Part shown: positions 1 through 7,917 of the stretch, piece by piece | Numbering within the stretch: position 1 is the first letter of the stretch | How the letters are laid out: each line of letters opens with the position of its first letter | Origin: an uncultured bacterium | GTDB lineage: Bacteria > Joyebacterota > Joyebacteria > Joyebacterales > Joyebacteraceae | Assembly (NCBI GenBank): GCA_964572375.1 | Contig: CAZNHF010000001.1 | Span: 1-52,408, forward strand | Direction of reading: 5' to 3' | DNA: 52,408 bases | Program-made: the position numbers and the translations under genes | The notes under the pieces: generated by a model | What the model was told of the DNA's origin: nothing | The model's input: only the letters and a program-made list of their open reading frames with translations | Database searches by the model: none

Positions 1-43
1 CCGGCTTCTTCTTCGCAGCCGTCTTCTTCTTTGTTTCTGCCAT
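1..43 (-). CDS. 5' end of a gene running off the left edge; lysine-rich N-terminus (MAETKKKTAAKKKP...), product unknown
   Basis: ATG at 43..41 on the minus strand, preceded by GAGGAGGTGAAGG (47..59). Only 14 codons are visible. Confidence 0.35.
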   Translation of the reverse strand, partial: MAETKKKTAAKKKP

Positions 44-274
44 CAGCCTTCACCTCCTCATGTCCCGACCGCGCCCATTCGCAGCGGGACTCTGGCCGAC
101 CAGGCTTCCCCTCTCGGCGCTCTCGACTCCAACAAGGAGCGGGCGCCACCAACATCATCGGTCCGCAGCTCACACGTGTTCTCGAGGTCGATCGGTCGCG
201 AACATCGTGTGGGCATCACACGAACACAGTGTTGTGAAAGACCCAAAGCGCATCGTTCAGCCCGTTCGAATCAC

Positions 275-303
275 ATTTAGAATCCTGAGTGCGGAAGTGT
301 CAA
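275..303 (-). promoter_or_regulatory. Putative sigma70-type promoter TTGACA-N17-CTAAAT reading leftwards
   Basis: The reverse complement of 298..303 is TTGACA and of 275..280 is CTAAAT, with a 17-nt spacer. It lies in a locally AT-richer stretch. Confidence 0.35.
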
Positions 304-452
304 GTAAAAAGTGCGCGCGACCTCGTTCGTGAATCGCGCGAGGACTCACCCTGACACGACATGTGAAAGCGCAAACGGCATCCGAAGTCTCGCGCGACGA
401 CTCTCGAACGACTCGATCGTCTACGCGCGAACAGTGCGAACGATGACACGCA

Positions 453-1844
453 TCACAGATCGATCGTCTCTCCGTCGAGCGGAACGCTGACGCGCGGGAA
501 CCCGTTCTCCGTCAGCAGGCGTCCGAACGCGAGAGATGCGTCTTCATTGCCGTGCACGACGATCGTCCTGCGCGGCGGCCGTCGGATGCCCTTCGCAAAG
601 GCCAGCAGCCCCCCGCGATCTGCGTGCGCACTGAACTCGTCGAAGACGGCAACGTGCGCGCGCATCGGGTACGCCTGACCGAAGATCCGCACCTGACGCT
701 CGCGCTCCGCGATGCGCCTCCCGAGTGTGTTCTCCGCCTGAAAGCCCACGATCATCACCGCGTTCCGCCTGCTCGTGATGCTGTTCTTGAGATGATGGAG
801 AACCCGCCCCGCCTCGCACATGCCCGACGCCGAGATGATCATCATCGGGCCGCTCTTCCGGTTGAGCTTCTTGGAGTCCTCCGCTTCGAGCACGTAGGTC
901 ACACGGGAGAAGCCGAGCGGATCATCCTGGTCCCGAACGAGTTCCTTCATCTCGTCGTCGAAGCACTCCCAGTGCCTCTTGAAGATTTCGGTCGCGCGGA
1001 CGGCGAGCGGACTATCGACGTAGATTGGAAACTGGGGAATTCTCCCTTCACGCATGAGTTCGTGAACGGTGTAGAGGATGTGCTGCGTACGCCCGACGGC
1101 GAACGCGGGGACGATGATCTTCCCGCGACGGCGAATGGCGTCGCGGATGAAAGAGGCAAACTTGTCGCTCACGTTCTCGAAGTCGTCGTGGTCCCTCTTG
1201 CCATATGTGCTCTCGGTGATCAGGACGTCGGCCGAGCGAACCTGATACGGATCCTTGAGGATCGGCACGTCCTTCCGGCCAAGGTCGCCCGTGAAGACGA
1301 CACGCTGGGTGTGACCTCGCTCGGCAACGTCGATCTCGAGGATCGAAGATCCGAGGATGTGACCGGCATCCCGGTAGGTCACGTCGACTCCGCGGAAGAC
1401 GCGCACCGGAGAGTCATAGTCGACGCCCTGCATCTGCTGGAGCGCTGCTTCGACGTCCTCCACAGTGTAGAGGGGCTCGAGAGGCAGCTCACCGCGCTTG
1501 CGACGGCGGGAATTCAGATACGCCACGTTGTGGTTCTGGATGTAGGCTGAATCGCGAAGGAGGATCTCGCACAGATCGACGGTCGCGTGCGTCGCGTAGA
1601 TGGGACCGGTGAAGCCGAGCCGAACGAGCGTGGGTATGTTCCCGGCGTGGTCGATGTGCGCGTGCGACAGAAGAACCGCGTCGATCGAGGTCGGGTCGAA
1701 CGGAAGTTTCCGGTTCCGGCGCTCGCTCTCGGAGCGTCGACCCTGGTAGAGTCCGCAGTCGAGGAGGATCCTCTTCCCGTTCGCGAAGAGAAGGTGTTTG
1801 GAGCCCGTCACGTTGCGCGCTGCGCCGTTGGCCGTGAACCTCAT
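453..1844 (-). CDS. MBL-fold metallo-hydrolase, beta-CASP RNA-metabolising family (RNase J/CPSF73-like)
   Basis: 463-aa ORF with an HAHIDHAGNIP (HxHxDH) motif near the N-terminus and beta-CASP-like length. ATG 1844 is preceded by GGGGAGGA. Confidence 0.88.
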   Translation of the reverse strand: MRFTANGAARNVTGSKHLLFANGKRILLDCGLYQGRRSESERRNRKLPFDPTSIDAVLLSHAHIDHAGNIPTLVRLGFTGPIYATHATVDLCEILLRDSAYIQNHNVAYLNSRRRKRGELPLEPLYTVEDVEAALQQMQGVDYDSPVRVFRGVDVTYRDAGHILGSSILEIDVAERGHTQRVVFTGDLGRKDVPILKDPYQVRSADVLITESTYGKRDHDDFENVSDKFASFIRDAIRRRGKIIVPAFAVGRTQHILYTVHELMREGRIPQFPIYVDSPLAVRATEIFKRHWECFDDEMKELVRDQDDPLGFSRVTYVLEAEDSKKLNRKSGPMMIISASGMCEAGRVLHHLKNSITSRRNAVMIVGFQAENTLGRRIAERERQVRIFGQAYPMRAHVAVFDEFSAHADRGGLLAFAKGIRRPPRRTIVVHGNEDASLAFGRLLTENGFPRVSVPLDGETIDL

Positions 1845-1867
1845 CTGTCCTCCCCGATTCCGTCGCC

Positions 1868-1896
1868 TTGACCGGCTGTCATCGTTCTGATAGGTT
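1868..1896 (+). promoter_or_regulatory. Putative promoter TTGACC-N17-TAGGTT for the thi4 operon
   Basis: Hexamers at 1868..1873 and 1891..1896, about 65 nt upstream of the riboswitch P1 stem. Confidence 0.3.
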
Positions 1897-1962
1897 ATAC
1901 GAAGTTCGTCAGTGGCTCAAGCACACCAGTGGAGGGACGCCGCTGCCGGCTTGTACACCGAA

Positions 1963-2040
1963 GTCGTTGGGGGAGGCCGGAACGGCCTGAGAGAAGACCC
2001 TTCGCACCTGATCTGGATGATACCAGCGTAGGGAAACGAC
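1963..2040 (+). promoter_or_regulatory. TPP (THI-box) riboswitch aptamer
   Basis: P1 halves GTCGTT (1963-1968) and AACGAC (2035-2040) enclose GGCCUGAGAG and the near-consensus ACCUGAUCUGGAUGAUACCAGCGUAGGGAA. It sits directly upstream of thi4. Confidence 0.85.
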
Positions 2041-2048
2041 TCGGCGAA

Positions 2049-2092
2049 GCGCGGGATGCCCCCGGTCCGTGCCGGCTGTCCCGCGCGTTTTT
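2049..2092 (+). terminator. Intrinsic terminator / expression platform of the TPP riboswitch
   Basis: GCGCGGGA (2049-2056) pairs with TCCCGCGC (2079-2086) and is followed by GTTTTTG (2087-2093). Confidence 0.6.
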
Positions 2093-2159
2093 GCGTCCTC
2101 GGGCTCTGTCGATTGATACCGTCCCGCCCGCCGGATGCAGCACAGAGGGAGGGAGTTGT

Positions 2160-2942
2160 ATGATCAGCGACGTCATCGTCTCACGGGCGATATCGCAGCG
2201 GTTCTTCGAGAAGTTCCAGTCAGCGCTCGAGCTCGACACCGCCATCGTCGGCGCCGGCCCGGCCGGCCTCGTCGCCGGACGCTACCTCGCCCAGGCGGGC
2301 AAGCGAGTGGCGCTCTTCGAGAGCAAGCTCTCGACGGGCGGAGGCATCTGGGGAGGCGGCATGCTTTTCAACGAGATCGTCGTACAGAGTGACGCTCTCC
2401 CCGTGCTGGACGACTTTGGCATCAAGTACCGCGAATACGAGAACGGCTACTACACGGCCGACGCCGTCCACACCGCCGCCGCGCTGGCGTACGGCGCGAC
2501 GTCTGCGGGGCTGACGGTCTTCAACGCGTGCCGCGTCGAGGACGTTATGTTCTCGGAGGGACGCGTGTCAGGCGTCGTCGTCCTCTGGTCGCCGGTCACG
2601 GCCGCCGGCCTCCACGTCGATCCCCTCTCGATGTCCGCGAAGACGGTCCTGGACGCGACGGGACACGACTGTGACATCGCGCGTGTCACCGTGCGGAAGA
2701 TGGGAGTCCGACTCGACACCGAGACGGGCGACATCGTCGGCGAGAAGAGCATGTGGGCCGAGAGCGGCGAGCGGAGCGTCGTCGAGATGACCGGGCGGAT
2801 CTTCCCGGGGCTCTACGCGGCGGGAATGGCGGCCGCCGCCGTGCACGGTGGCTATCGCATGGGACCCATCTTCGGCGGGATGCTCATATCCGGCAAGAAG
2901 GTCGCCGGGCAGATCCTCGCCGACCTTGACGGCGGCGCCTGA
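2160..2942 (+). CDS. thi4: Thiazole synthase Thi4 family (ADP-thiazole synthase)
   Basis: 260 aa from ATG 2160, with SD GAGGGAGGGAG at about 2145-2155. Motifs DTAIVGAGPAGL, GGGIWGGGMLFNEIVV and DATGHD are typical of archaeal/bacterial Thi4. The longer ORF-track start at 1929 would run through the riboswitch. Confidence 0.9.
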   Translation: MISDVIVSRAISQRFFEKFQSALELDTAIVGAGPAGLVAGRYLAQAGKRVALFESKLSTGGGIWGGGMLFNEIVVQSDALPVLDDFGIKYREYENGYYTADAVHTAAALAYGATSAGLTVFNACRVEDVMFSEGRVSGVVVLWSPVTAAGLHVDPLSMSAKTVLDATGHDCDIARVTVRKMGVRLDTETGDIVGEKSMWAESGERSVVEMTGRIFPGLYAAGMAAAAVHGGYRMGPIFGGMLISGKKVAGQILADLDGGA

Positions 2943-2984
2943 ACCCAAACGCTAGGAAGCAGTCACATCACGAGGACCTCGGCC

Positions 2985-4178
2985 ATGTCTGCAAAGAACA
3001 TCAGAGCACTGTCGCATGGAAGGGGGCTCTACCTCGTGGCCACGGCCCCCGTGGCCGGCCACGTCGAGCTCGCCCGCATCGCGGTCGCGCTGCAGGTGCC
3101 GTTCCTCCAACTCCGGGAGAAGGAGATGGACGACCGCGAACTCCTCGACCTTGCCCGCGTGATCCGTGATACCACGATGGGCAGCAGTACCCTCTTCATC
3201 ATGAACGACAGACCCGATGTCGCGGCGGCCGTTGGAGCTGACGGAGTCCACGTCGGCCGATCGGACACCGATCCGGAGCTGGCGCGCGCTGCGGTCGGTC
3301 CCGACGCAATCGTCGGTGTCTCGGTCAACACCGTCTCACGCGCGCGCGAACTCTCGCGGCTTGACGTCGACTACTTCGGCACGGGACCGATCTTTCTCAC
3401 CGCAACCAAGCCGGATGCGGACCAGCCCGTGGGCCCGGAGCGGATCGCCGAGATCGCCGCGGCTTGCCCCGACGTGCCGATCGTGGCGATCGGCGGCATT
3501 GACGCCTCGAACGTGGCCACCCCGCTCCGCGCCGGCGCCAGCTACGCCGCGGTCGTCTCAGCTGTCTGCGCATCCGAGAGACCGGAGGAGGCGCTCCGAG
3601 AACTGATGACGGCCGTCGAACTCGGCGCGCTCCCCCCCTACTCGGGCGGTGCCGGATACGAGGTCGACGCCCAGGACAACCACGGCGCGCTGGTCTACTG
3701 CCCTCGCTGCGCCTCGGGACTTGTCGCCTCCGCGGTGCGCGGTTCGAGACGGCTCACATGCCCCGAGTGCCATTTCATCTTCTATGTGAATCCGGCGCCG
3801 GTCACGGCGACACTCGTCGAGCGGGACGGGGCTCTGCTCCTGGTCCGTCGGAAGTACGACCCCGGCAAAGGGCTTTGGTGCCTCCCGACCGGCTTCATTG
3901 AGAGCGGTGAGACGCCTGAGGAAAGCGCGGTGCGCGAGGTGCGCGAGGAGAGCGGGCTCGATGTCGAGCTCACAGGGATCTTCGCCTCGTGGGCGACGCG
4001 CGACGATCCTCGGACCCCGATCGTCTGCTTCGCATTCACGGCACGCGTCGCGGGCGGCGAACTTGAAGCCGGTGACGATGCTTCTGAGGCAGGTTTCTTC
4101 CGCCCGGAAGCGCTGCCGAGAGAGATCGCGTTCGACGCGCATCGCAGAGCCATCAGCCAGTACTTTCGGGACCACTGA
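2985..4178 (+). CDS. thiE: Thiamine-phosphate synthase (ThiE) fused to a Zn-ribbon and a Nudix hydrolase domain
   Basis: The N-terminal ~210 aa carry ThiE motifs (VPFLQLREKEM, FIMNDRPDVAAAVGADGVHVG, PIVAIGGI). Then comes CPRC...CPEC, then a complete Nudix box GFIESGETPEESAVREVREESGL. Confidence 0.88.
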   Translation: MSAKNIRALSHGRGLYLVATAPVAGHVELARIAVALQVPFLQLREKEMDDRELLDLARVIRDTTMGSSTLFIMNDRPDVAAAVGADGVHVGRSDTDPELARAAVGPDAIVGVSVNTVSRARELSRLDVDYFGTGPIFLTATKPDADQPVGPERIAEIAAACPDVPIVAIGGIDASNVATPLRAGASYAAVVSAVCASERPEEALRELMTAVELGALPPYSGGAGYEVDAQDNHGALVYCPRCASGLVASAVRGSRRLTCPECHFIFYVNPAPVTATLVERDGALLLVRRKYDPGKGLWCLPTGFIESGETPEESAVREVREESGLDVELTGIFASWATRDDPRTPIVCFAFTARVAGGELEAGDDASEAGFFRPEALPREIAFDAHRRAISQYFRDH

Positions 4179-4250
4179 TAGGAGTCCTCGCCCGGCGTCC
4201 CGCGCGTGGAATCTTCGCGGAACGCCAGCCGGAACGCGCAGGAGGGTAAC

Positions 4251-4985
4251 GTGAACCAGACGGTCCTCAGCGGTATCGCCACGGCCCACCTCGGGATCTC
4301 CGCGCTCCATCATATCATCACGTTCGTCCTCGCTGTCATCTGGTGGCAGCGCAGACGCGAACTCGGCAGAGTCCTCTCCGCCTATCTCGCCGTCTGCTTC
4401 ATCACGGTCGCATGGTCGATGCGCGGTCCACTCTGGGGCACCGGTGGCATCGCGGCCGTCGCTCTCGCGATTCTCTGGATGAAGGAGACCGTCCGACCGG
4501 AGTGCGTTATGGCATTTGCGCGCACGCCCCGACTAAGACTCCTCGTCGCCGCCGTCGGCGCCATCGTCGCGCTCGCCTACCCCGGCTATTCGGGCGAACT
4601 CCCCGCATTCATATTCGCGCCGCTCGGGGTCCTTATACCTCCCACGCTTCTGCTCGGGCTCTCGCTGCTCGTCGCAGTCGACGCGCGCAGAGCGCGTCTC
4701 CTCACGGCCGCGCACGCCGTGGCGGGGTTCATCTACGCGGTCGTCGGCTTCGTGGTCGACGGACTGACGGTCCGAGCGGTTGTCGGCGGATTCGCACTCG
4801 TCTTGCTGTCCGCTTTCGCCGCGATGACGGCGACCGGGCATGCAATGATGAGAGAGGAGAATGAGCTCCCCCCGGAAACGAGCGTCGAGCAAATCCGCAC
4901 GCGTCTCTATCAGAGAAGGACACTCCTCCCGGGGCCTCGCGACCCGAAACGCCGGCGAGGCGGCAGGTTCGGCCGAGGGAGGTGA
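4251..4985 (+). CDS. Hypothetical integral membrane protein (~7 predicted TM segments)
   Basis: GTG 4251 is preceded by AGGAGGG. The ORF track offers an upstream alternative start at 4206. The protein has hydrophobic segments throughout and a basic C-terminal tail. It is the last gene before the terminator at 5046. Confidence 0.6.
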   Translation: MNQTVLSGIATAHLGISALHHIITFVLAVIWWQRRRELGRVLSAYLAVCFITVAWSMRGPLWGTGGIAAVALAILWMKETVRPECVMAFARTPRLRLLVAAVGAIVALAYPGYSGELPAFIFAPLGVLIPPTLLLGLSLLVAVDARRARLLTAAHAVAGFIYAVVGFVVDGLTVRAVVGGFALVLLSAFAAMTATGHAMMREENELPPETSVEQIRTRLYQRRTLLPGPRDPKRRRGGRFGRGR

Positions 4986-5045
4986 CGCGTCACGGACCGC
5001 CCGCCTCGCGCGCTGCCGAAACGACGTGCCAGACTGCAAAGAGAA

Positions 5046-5080
5046 CGCCCCACGCAGATGTGCGCGGGGCGAATTTCTTG
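5046..5080 (+). terminator. Rho-independent terminator after the thi4-thiE-membrane operon
   Basis: CGCCCCACGCA / TGCGCGGGGCG stem (one mismatch, GATG loop) followed by AATTTCTT. Confidence 0.5.
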
Positions 5081-5107
5081 TGGTTCAGTGTTGTGCCGGG
5101 TCTCGCG

Positions 5108-5166
5108 GCCGACCCGAAGCGAAGTCTGAGCGAAGCCGACCCGAAGCGAAGCCGACCCGAAGCGAA
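5108..5166. repeat. Three copies of the 16-bp unit GCCGACCCGAAGCGAA (two are tandem)
   Basis: Exact copies at 5108-5123, 5135-5150 and 5151-5166, in the convergent intergenic gap. Confidence 0.85.
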
Positions 5167-5171
5167 GCCGG

Positions 5172-5891
5172 CTACTCGCCGCGGATGATGCACTCCTCGA
5201 CGAGCGGGTCCATCATCGACTTGAACTCGCTCAGCCTCTCGGAGCCGTACGGCGACTCGTTCTTGCCGAATTCGGGGTCGAGAGTCTCCCGCCGCGGCTT
5301 GTAGTTCTGGATCACGTAGCGGCGCGCACCGCGGATCTGCTCACCGATGCGCTCGAGGTCCGACGCCTTGTGGAGCGTGGGCACCACGGTAGTTCTGAAC
5401 TCGTACTCGACCACTCCCTCAAGGAGAATTTCGATGCTGGCCCGCACGCGGTCGAATGTACGGCGGTCGCTGATGCCCGCACTCTTCGCGTACGAGTCGA
5501 AGTCGAGCGGCGCCTTGATATCCATCGCCACGTAGTCGATCACGTCCTCGCGGATGAGGCTGTCCAGCATGTCAGGAAACGAACCGTTGGTGTCCAGCTT
5601 GATCCGCATGTCGGCCGCACGGAAAGCATCGATCAGCGCGGGCAGCTCCTTGTGCATGCAAGGTTCGCCACCGGTGATCACGACGCCATCGAGGAAGTCG
5701 TTGTGTTCGGTAACATACGAGAGCACTTCGTCGAGAGGAATCGTCTCGAACTGATCGGGGGCGAGCACGAGGTCACCGTTGTGACAGTAGGGGCACCGGA
5801 AGTTGCAGCTCGGAAGATACACTGTCGCCGCGACCATGCCGTCCCAATCTATGAGGGACATCTGGTCGAAGCCCTTGATGGAAAGCTTCAC
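5172..5891 (-). CDS. Radical SAM activating-enzyme family protein (NrdG/PflA-like)
   Basis: 239 aa with the cluster motif CNFRCPYCHN and the motif GVVITGGEP. The GTG start overlaps the upstream stop (GTGA). Confidence 0.82.
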   Translation of the reverse strand: MKLSIKGFDQMSLIDWDGMVAATVYLPSCNFRCPYCHNGDLVLAPDQFETIPLDEVLSYVTEHNDFLDGVVITGGEPCMHKELPALIDAFRAADMRIKLDTNGSFPDMLDSLIREDVIDYVAMDIKAPLDFDSYAKSAGISDRRTFDRVRASIEILLEGVVEYEFRTTVVPTLHKASDLERIGEQIRGARRYVIQNYKPRRETLDPEFGKNESPYGSERLSEFKSMMDPLVEECIIRGE

Positions 5892-6826
5892 TTCCCCTCC
5901 CCGTTGCGAGCCATGGCCCTATGGTACAAGATATCGCCGTGGCGTACAACCTCTAAGAGCCCTCCATCTGTCATCTCGCCGAGGAGCTTCGCGCTCTCTG
6001 CCAGACCCATGCCAACAGACGACGCAACATCCCCAACGGTGACCGGCCGCCGAGCCGCCATCTCCATAATGAGCGCCTCCGCTTCCCCGACACGATGCTG
6101 CGACGCTCCGGACGCGGGCGCGATGACTTCGGCGGTCGGTCCGAGTGCGATCGCAATCTCCGCAAGTCTCTCTATGGAAACCGCTTCCGTCCCTGCGACC
6201 GCCGGCGGACGCACGACCGTGTTCACGTGGACTCGGTCCGGGGCAATGCGTCGGACAGCCTCGCCAATGAGTGCGATCTCATCGTCGGAGTCGTTGAGCC
6301 CTGCAACGATTACGGTTTCCAGCCATATTTCACCGGAGAACTCGTGTCGGAGAGAGACGAGACCCTCCACGATGGCCGCGGGGTCCAGGGAGCTGTGAGG
6401 CCGGTTCACCCGTTCGAACGCACCCACGGATACGGCGTCCAGTGAGGGGAGAATGACATCGGCCTTCGTGAGCGCCGCTCGTACACCCGCGTCGGTCACG
6501 AGACTCGCGTTCGTGAGGACGGCGACGCGTGCATCGGTGAGCTCACGGATACCGTCGACGATGGCTCCGAGGTCGACCGACAGCGTCGGCTCGCCCGAAC
6601 CAGAGATGGTGACGAAGTCAAGAAGAGGTCCGGTCGACAGGACCTCGCGGAGTTCGCCCAGCACGATGCGGGAATCGATGAATGAGTCGCGATCGACGCG
6701 ACAATCGGTCGTGGGGCCGAGTTCGCAATAGACGCAGTCCATGGTGCAGGTCTTCGGCGGGATCAGGTCGACGCCGAGCGACAGACCCAATCTGCGTGAC
6801 GGCACCGGTCCGAACACATGTCTCAT
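5888..6826 (-). CDS. Radical SAM protein with a C-terminal winged-helix-like extension
   Basis: 312 aa with N-terminal GPVPSRRLGLSLGVDL followed by CTMDCVYC (CX3CX2C). Its ATG overlaps the thiD stop (ATGA). Confidence 0.82.
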   Translation of the reverse strand: MRHVFGPVPSRRLGLSLGVDLIPPKTCTMDCVYCELGPTTDCRVDRDSFIDSRIVLGELREVLSTGPLLDFVTISGSGEPTLSVDLGAIVDGIRELTDARVAVLTNASLVTDAGVRAALTKADVILPSLDAVSVGAFERVNRPHSSLDPAAIVEGLVSLRHEFSGEIWLETVIVAGLNDSDDEIALIGEAVRRIAPDRVHVNTVVRPPAVAGTEAVSIERLAEIAIALGPTAEVIAPASGASQHRVGEAEALIMEMAARRPVTVGDVASSVGMGLAESAKLLGEMTDGGLLEVVRHGDILYHRAMARNGEGK

Positions 6827-7632
6827 CGCTCCACCTCTCTGACAGCGTTGGCCGCGCCGATGTGGTCGAGCAGCGCGCTCGCGCCATTGGTGCTCTGCGC
6901 GCCGCGAATCGCGTCCGTGACGAAGATTTTGGCGTCACTCACGGCCTTCCGAAGAGCGGCTCCGTGCGCCAGCCCGGCGGCGATGGCCGCCGAGAGCGTG
7001 CAACCTGTTCCGTGCAGACGGCCTCCCGCGATGCGCTCGGAGGAGAACGCGGTGACCGACGTACCGTCGAAGAAGATATCGGTCGCCTCCCCGGACAGGT
7101 GGCCCCCCTTGATGAGCACGGCGCGGGCGCCGAGACGGACGATAGCACGGGCGGCGGCCTCCATGGCCGGAAGATCGTCGACGTCGAAACCCACGAGGAC
7201 TGCCGCCTCCTCGGTGTTTGGTGTGACGACCGACGCCAGCGGCAGGAGGACGTCGATGAGAACACCGACAGCATCCTCGTCCATGAGGCGCGCACCGGAC
7301 GTGGCGACCATCACCGGATCCACGACCAGTCCGGAAAGACCGCGCGCTTCGATCCGTTCGGCGACCGCTCGCATGATGTCGGCCGTCGCCAGCATTCCCG
7401 TCTTCGCGGCCGCGACCGGGAGATCGTCCATCACCGCGTCGATCTGTCCAGCGACGATCTCCGGGGGCACGTTGACGGCGGCTCGGACGCCGCTGGTATT
7501 CTGAACCGTGACCGAGGTCACGGCGCTCGCTCCGTGAACGCCGAACGCCATGAACGTCTTGAGATCAGCCTGGATCCCGGCGCCGCCACATGAGTCGGAT
7601 CCGGCAATCGTCAGCGCCGCTGGTCTCCTCAA
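6823..7632 (-). CDS. thiD: Hydroxymethylpyrimidine / phosphomethylpyrimidine kinase
   Basis: 269 aa. [22 protein letters not shown] and the PfkB-type C-terminal region are typical of ThiD. TTG start at 7632 with GGGAGAG upstream. Confidence 0.9.
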   Translation of the reverse strand: MRRPAALTIAGSDSCGGAGIQADLKTFMAFGVHGASAVTSVTVQNTSGVRAAVNVPPEIVAGQIDAVMDDLPVAAAKTGMLATADIMRAVAERIEARGLSGLVVDPVMVATSGARLMDEDAVGVLIDVLLPLASVVTPNTEEAAVLVGFDVDDLPAMEAAARAIVRLGARAVLIKGGHLSGEATDIFFDGTSVTAFSSERIAGGRLHGTGCTLSAAIAAGLAHGAALRKAVSDAKIFVTDAIRGAQSTNGASALLDHIGAANAVREVER

Positions 7633-7917
7633 GAGGACTCTCCCTGACCGTCGAACCGCCGTTGGTGTGGCGTGTGACCGCCGGTTTGATGTTGCCCGAG
7701 TAGGGTGGCAATGGTATCGTCATGAGATTGAAATCTCGGAACATCGCCTGCGCAGCTTGGCGCCGGCAGCGCGTCTGGATGTGGTTGACGCGCACACGGC
7801 AACGCAGGGTGGACGTTCCAGCTTCCATCATAGCCCGTTGCGGAAGCCTCTTCAACGTGAGAGTCGCGACCGTGCGGGAGTCACGACGGACCGCCGTGAC
7901 GTCAACATACCGACGCG

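Noticed and set aside
44-268. Glycine-riboswitch-like string GAGCGCCGAGAGGGGAAGCC in the minus-strand leader
   Set aside because: It lacks the paired CUCAGGCAAAAGGAC-type element and the tandem-aptamer structure, so the similarity is superficial.
255-275. GTTCGAATC, resembling a tRNA T-loop
   Set aside because: The flanking bases cannot form a T-stem, and no acceptor or anticodon arms could be built. I saw no tRNA anywhere in the window.
7633-7917. Possible second TPP riboswitch upstream of thiD (CCGAGA, GATACCAT and GAGTAGGGT fragments)
   Set aside because: The fragments lie on different strands and in the wrong order. No P1 or P4/P5 pairing could be built and there is no ACCUGAUCUGG core. 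I consider it absent unless cmsearch says otherwise.
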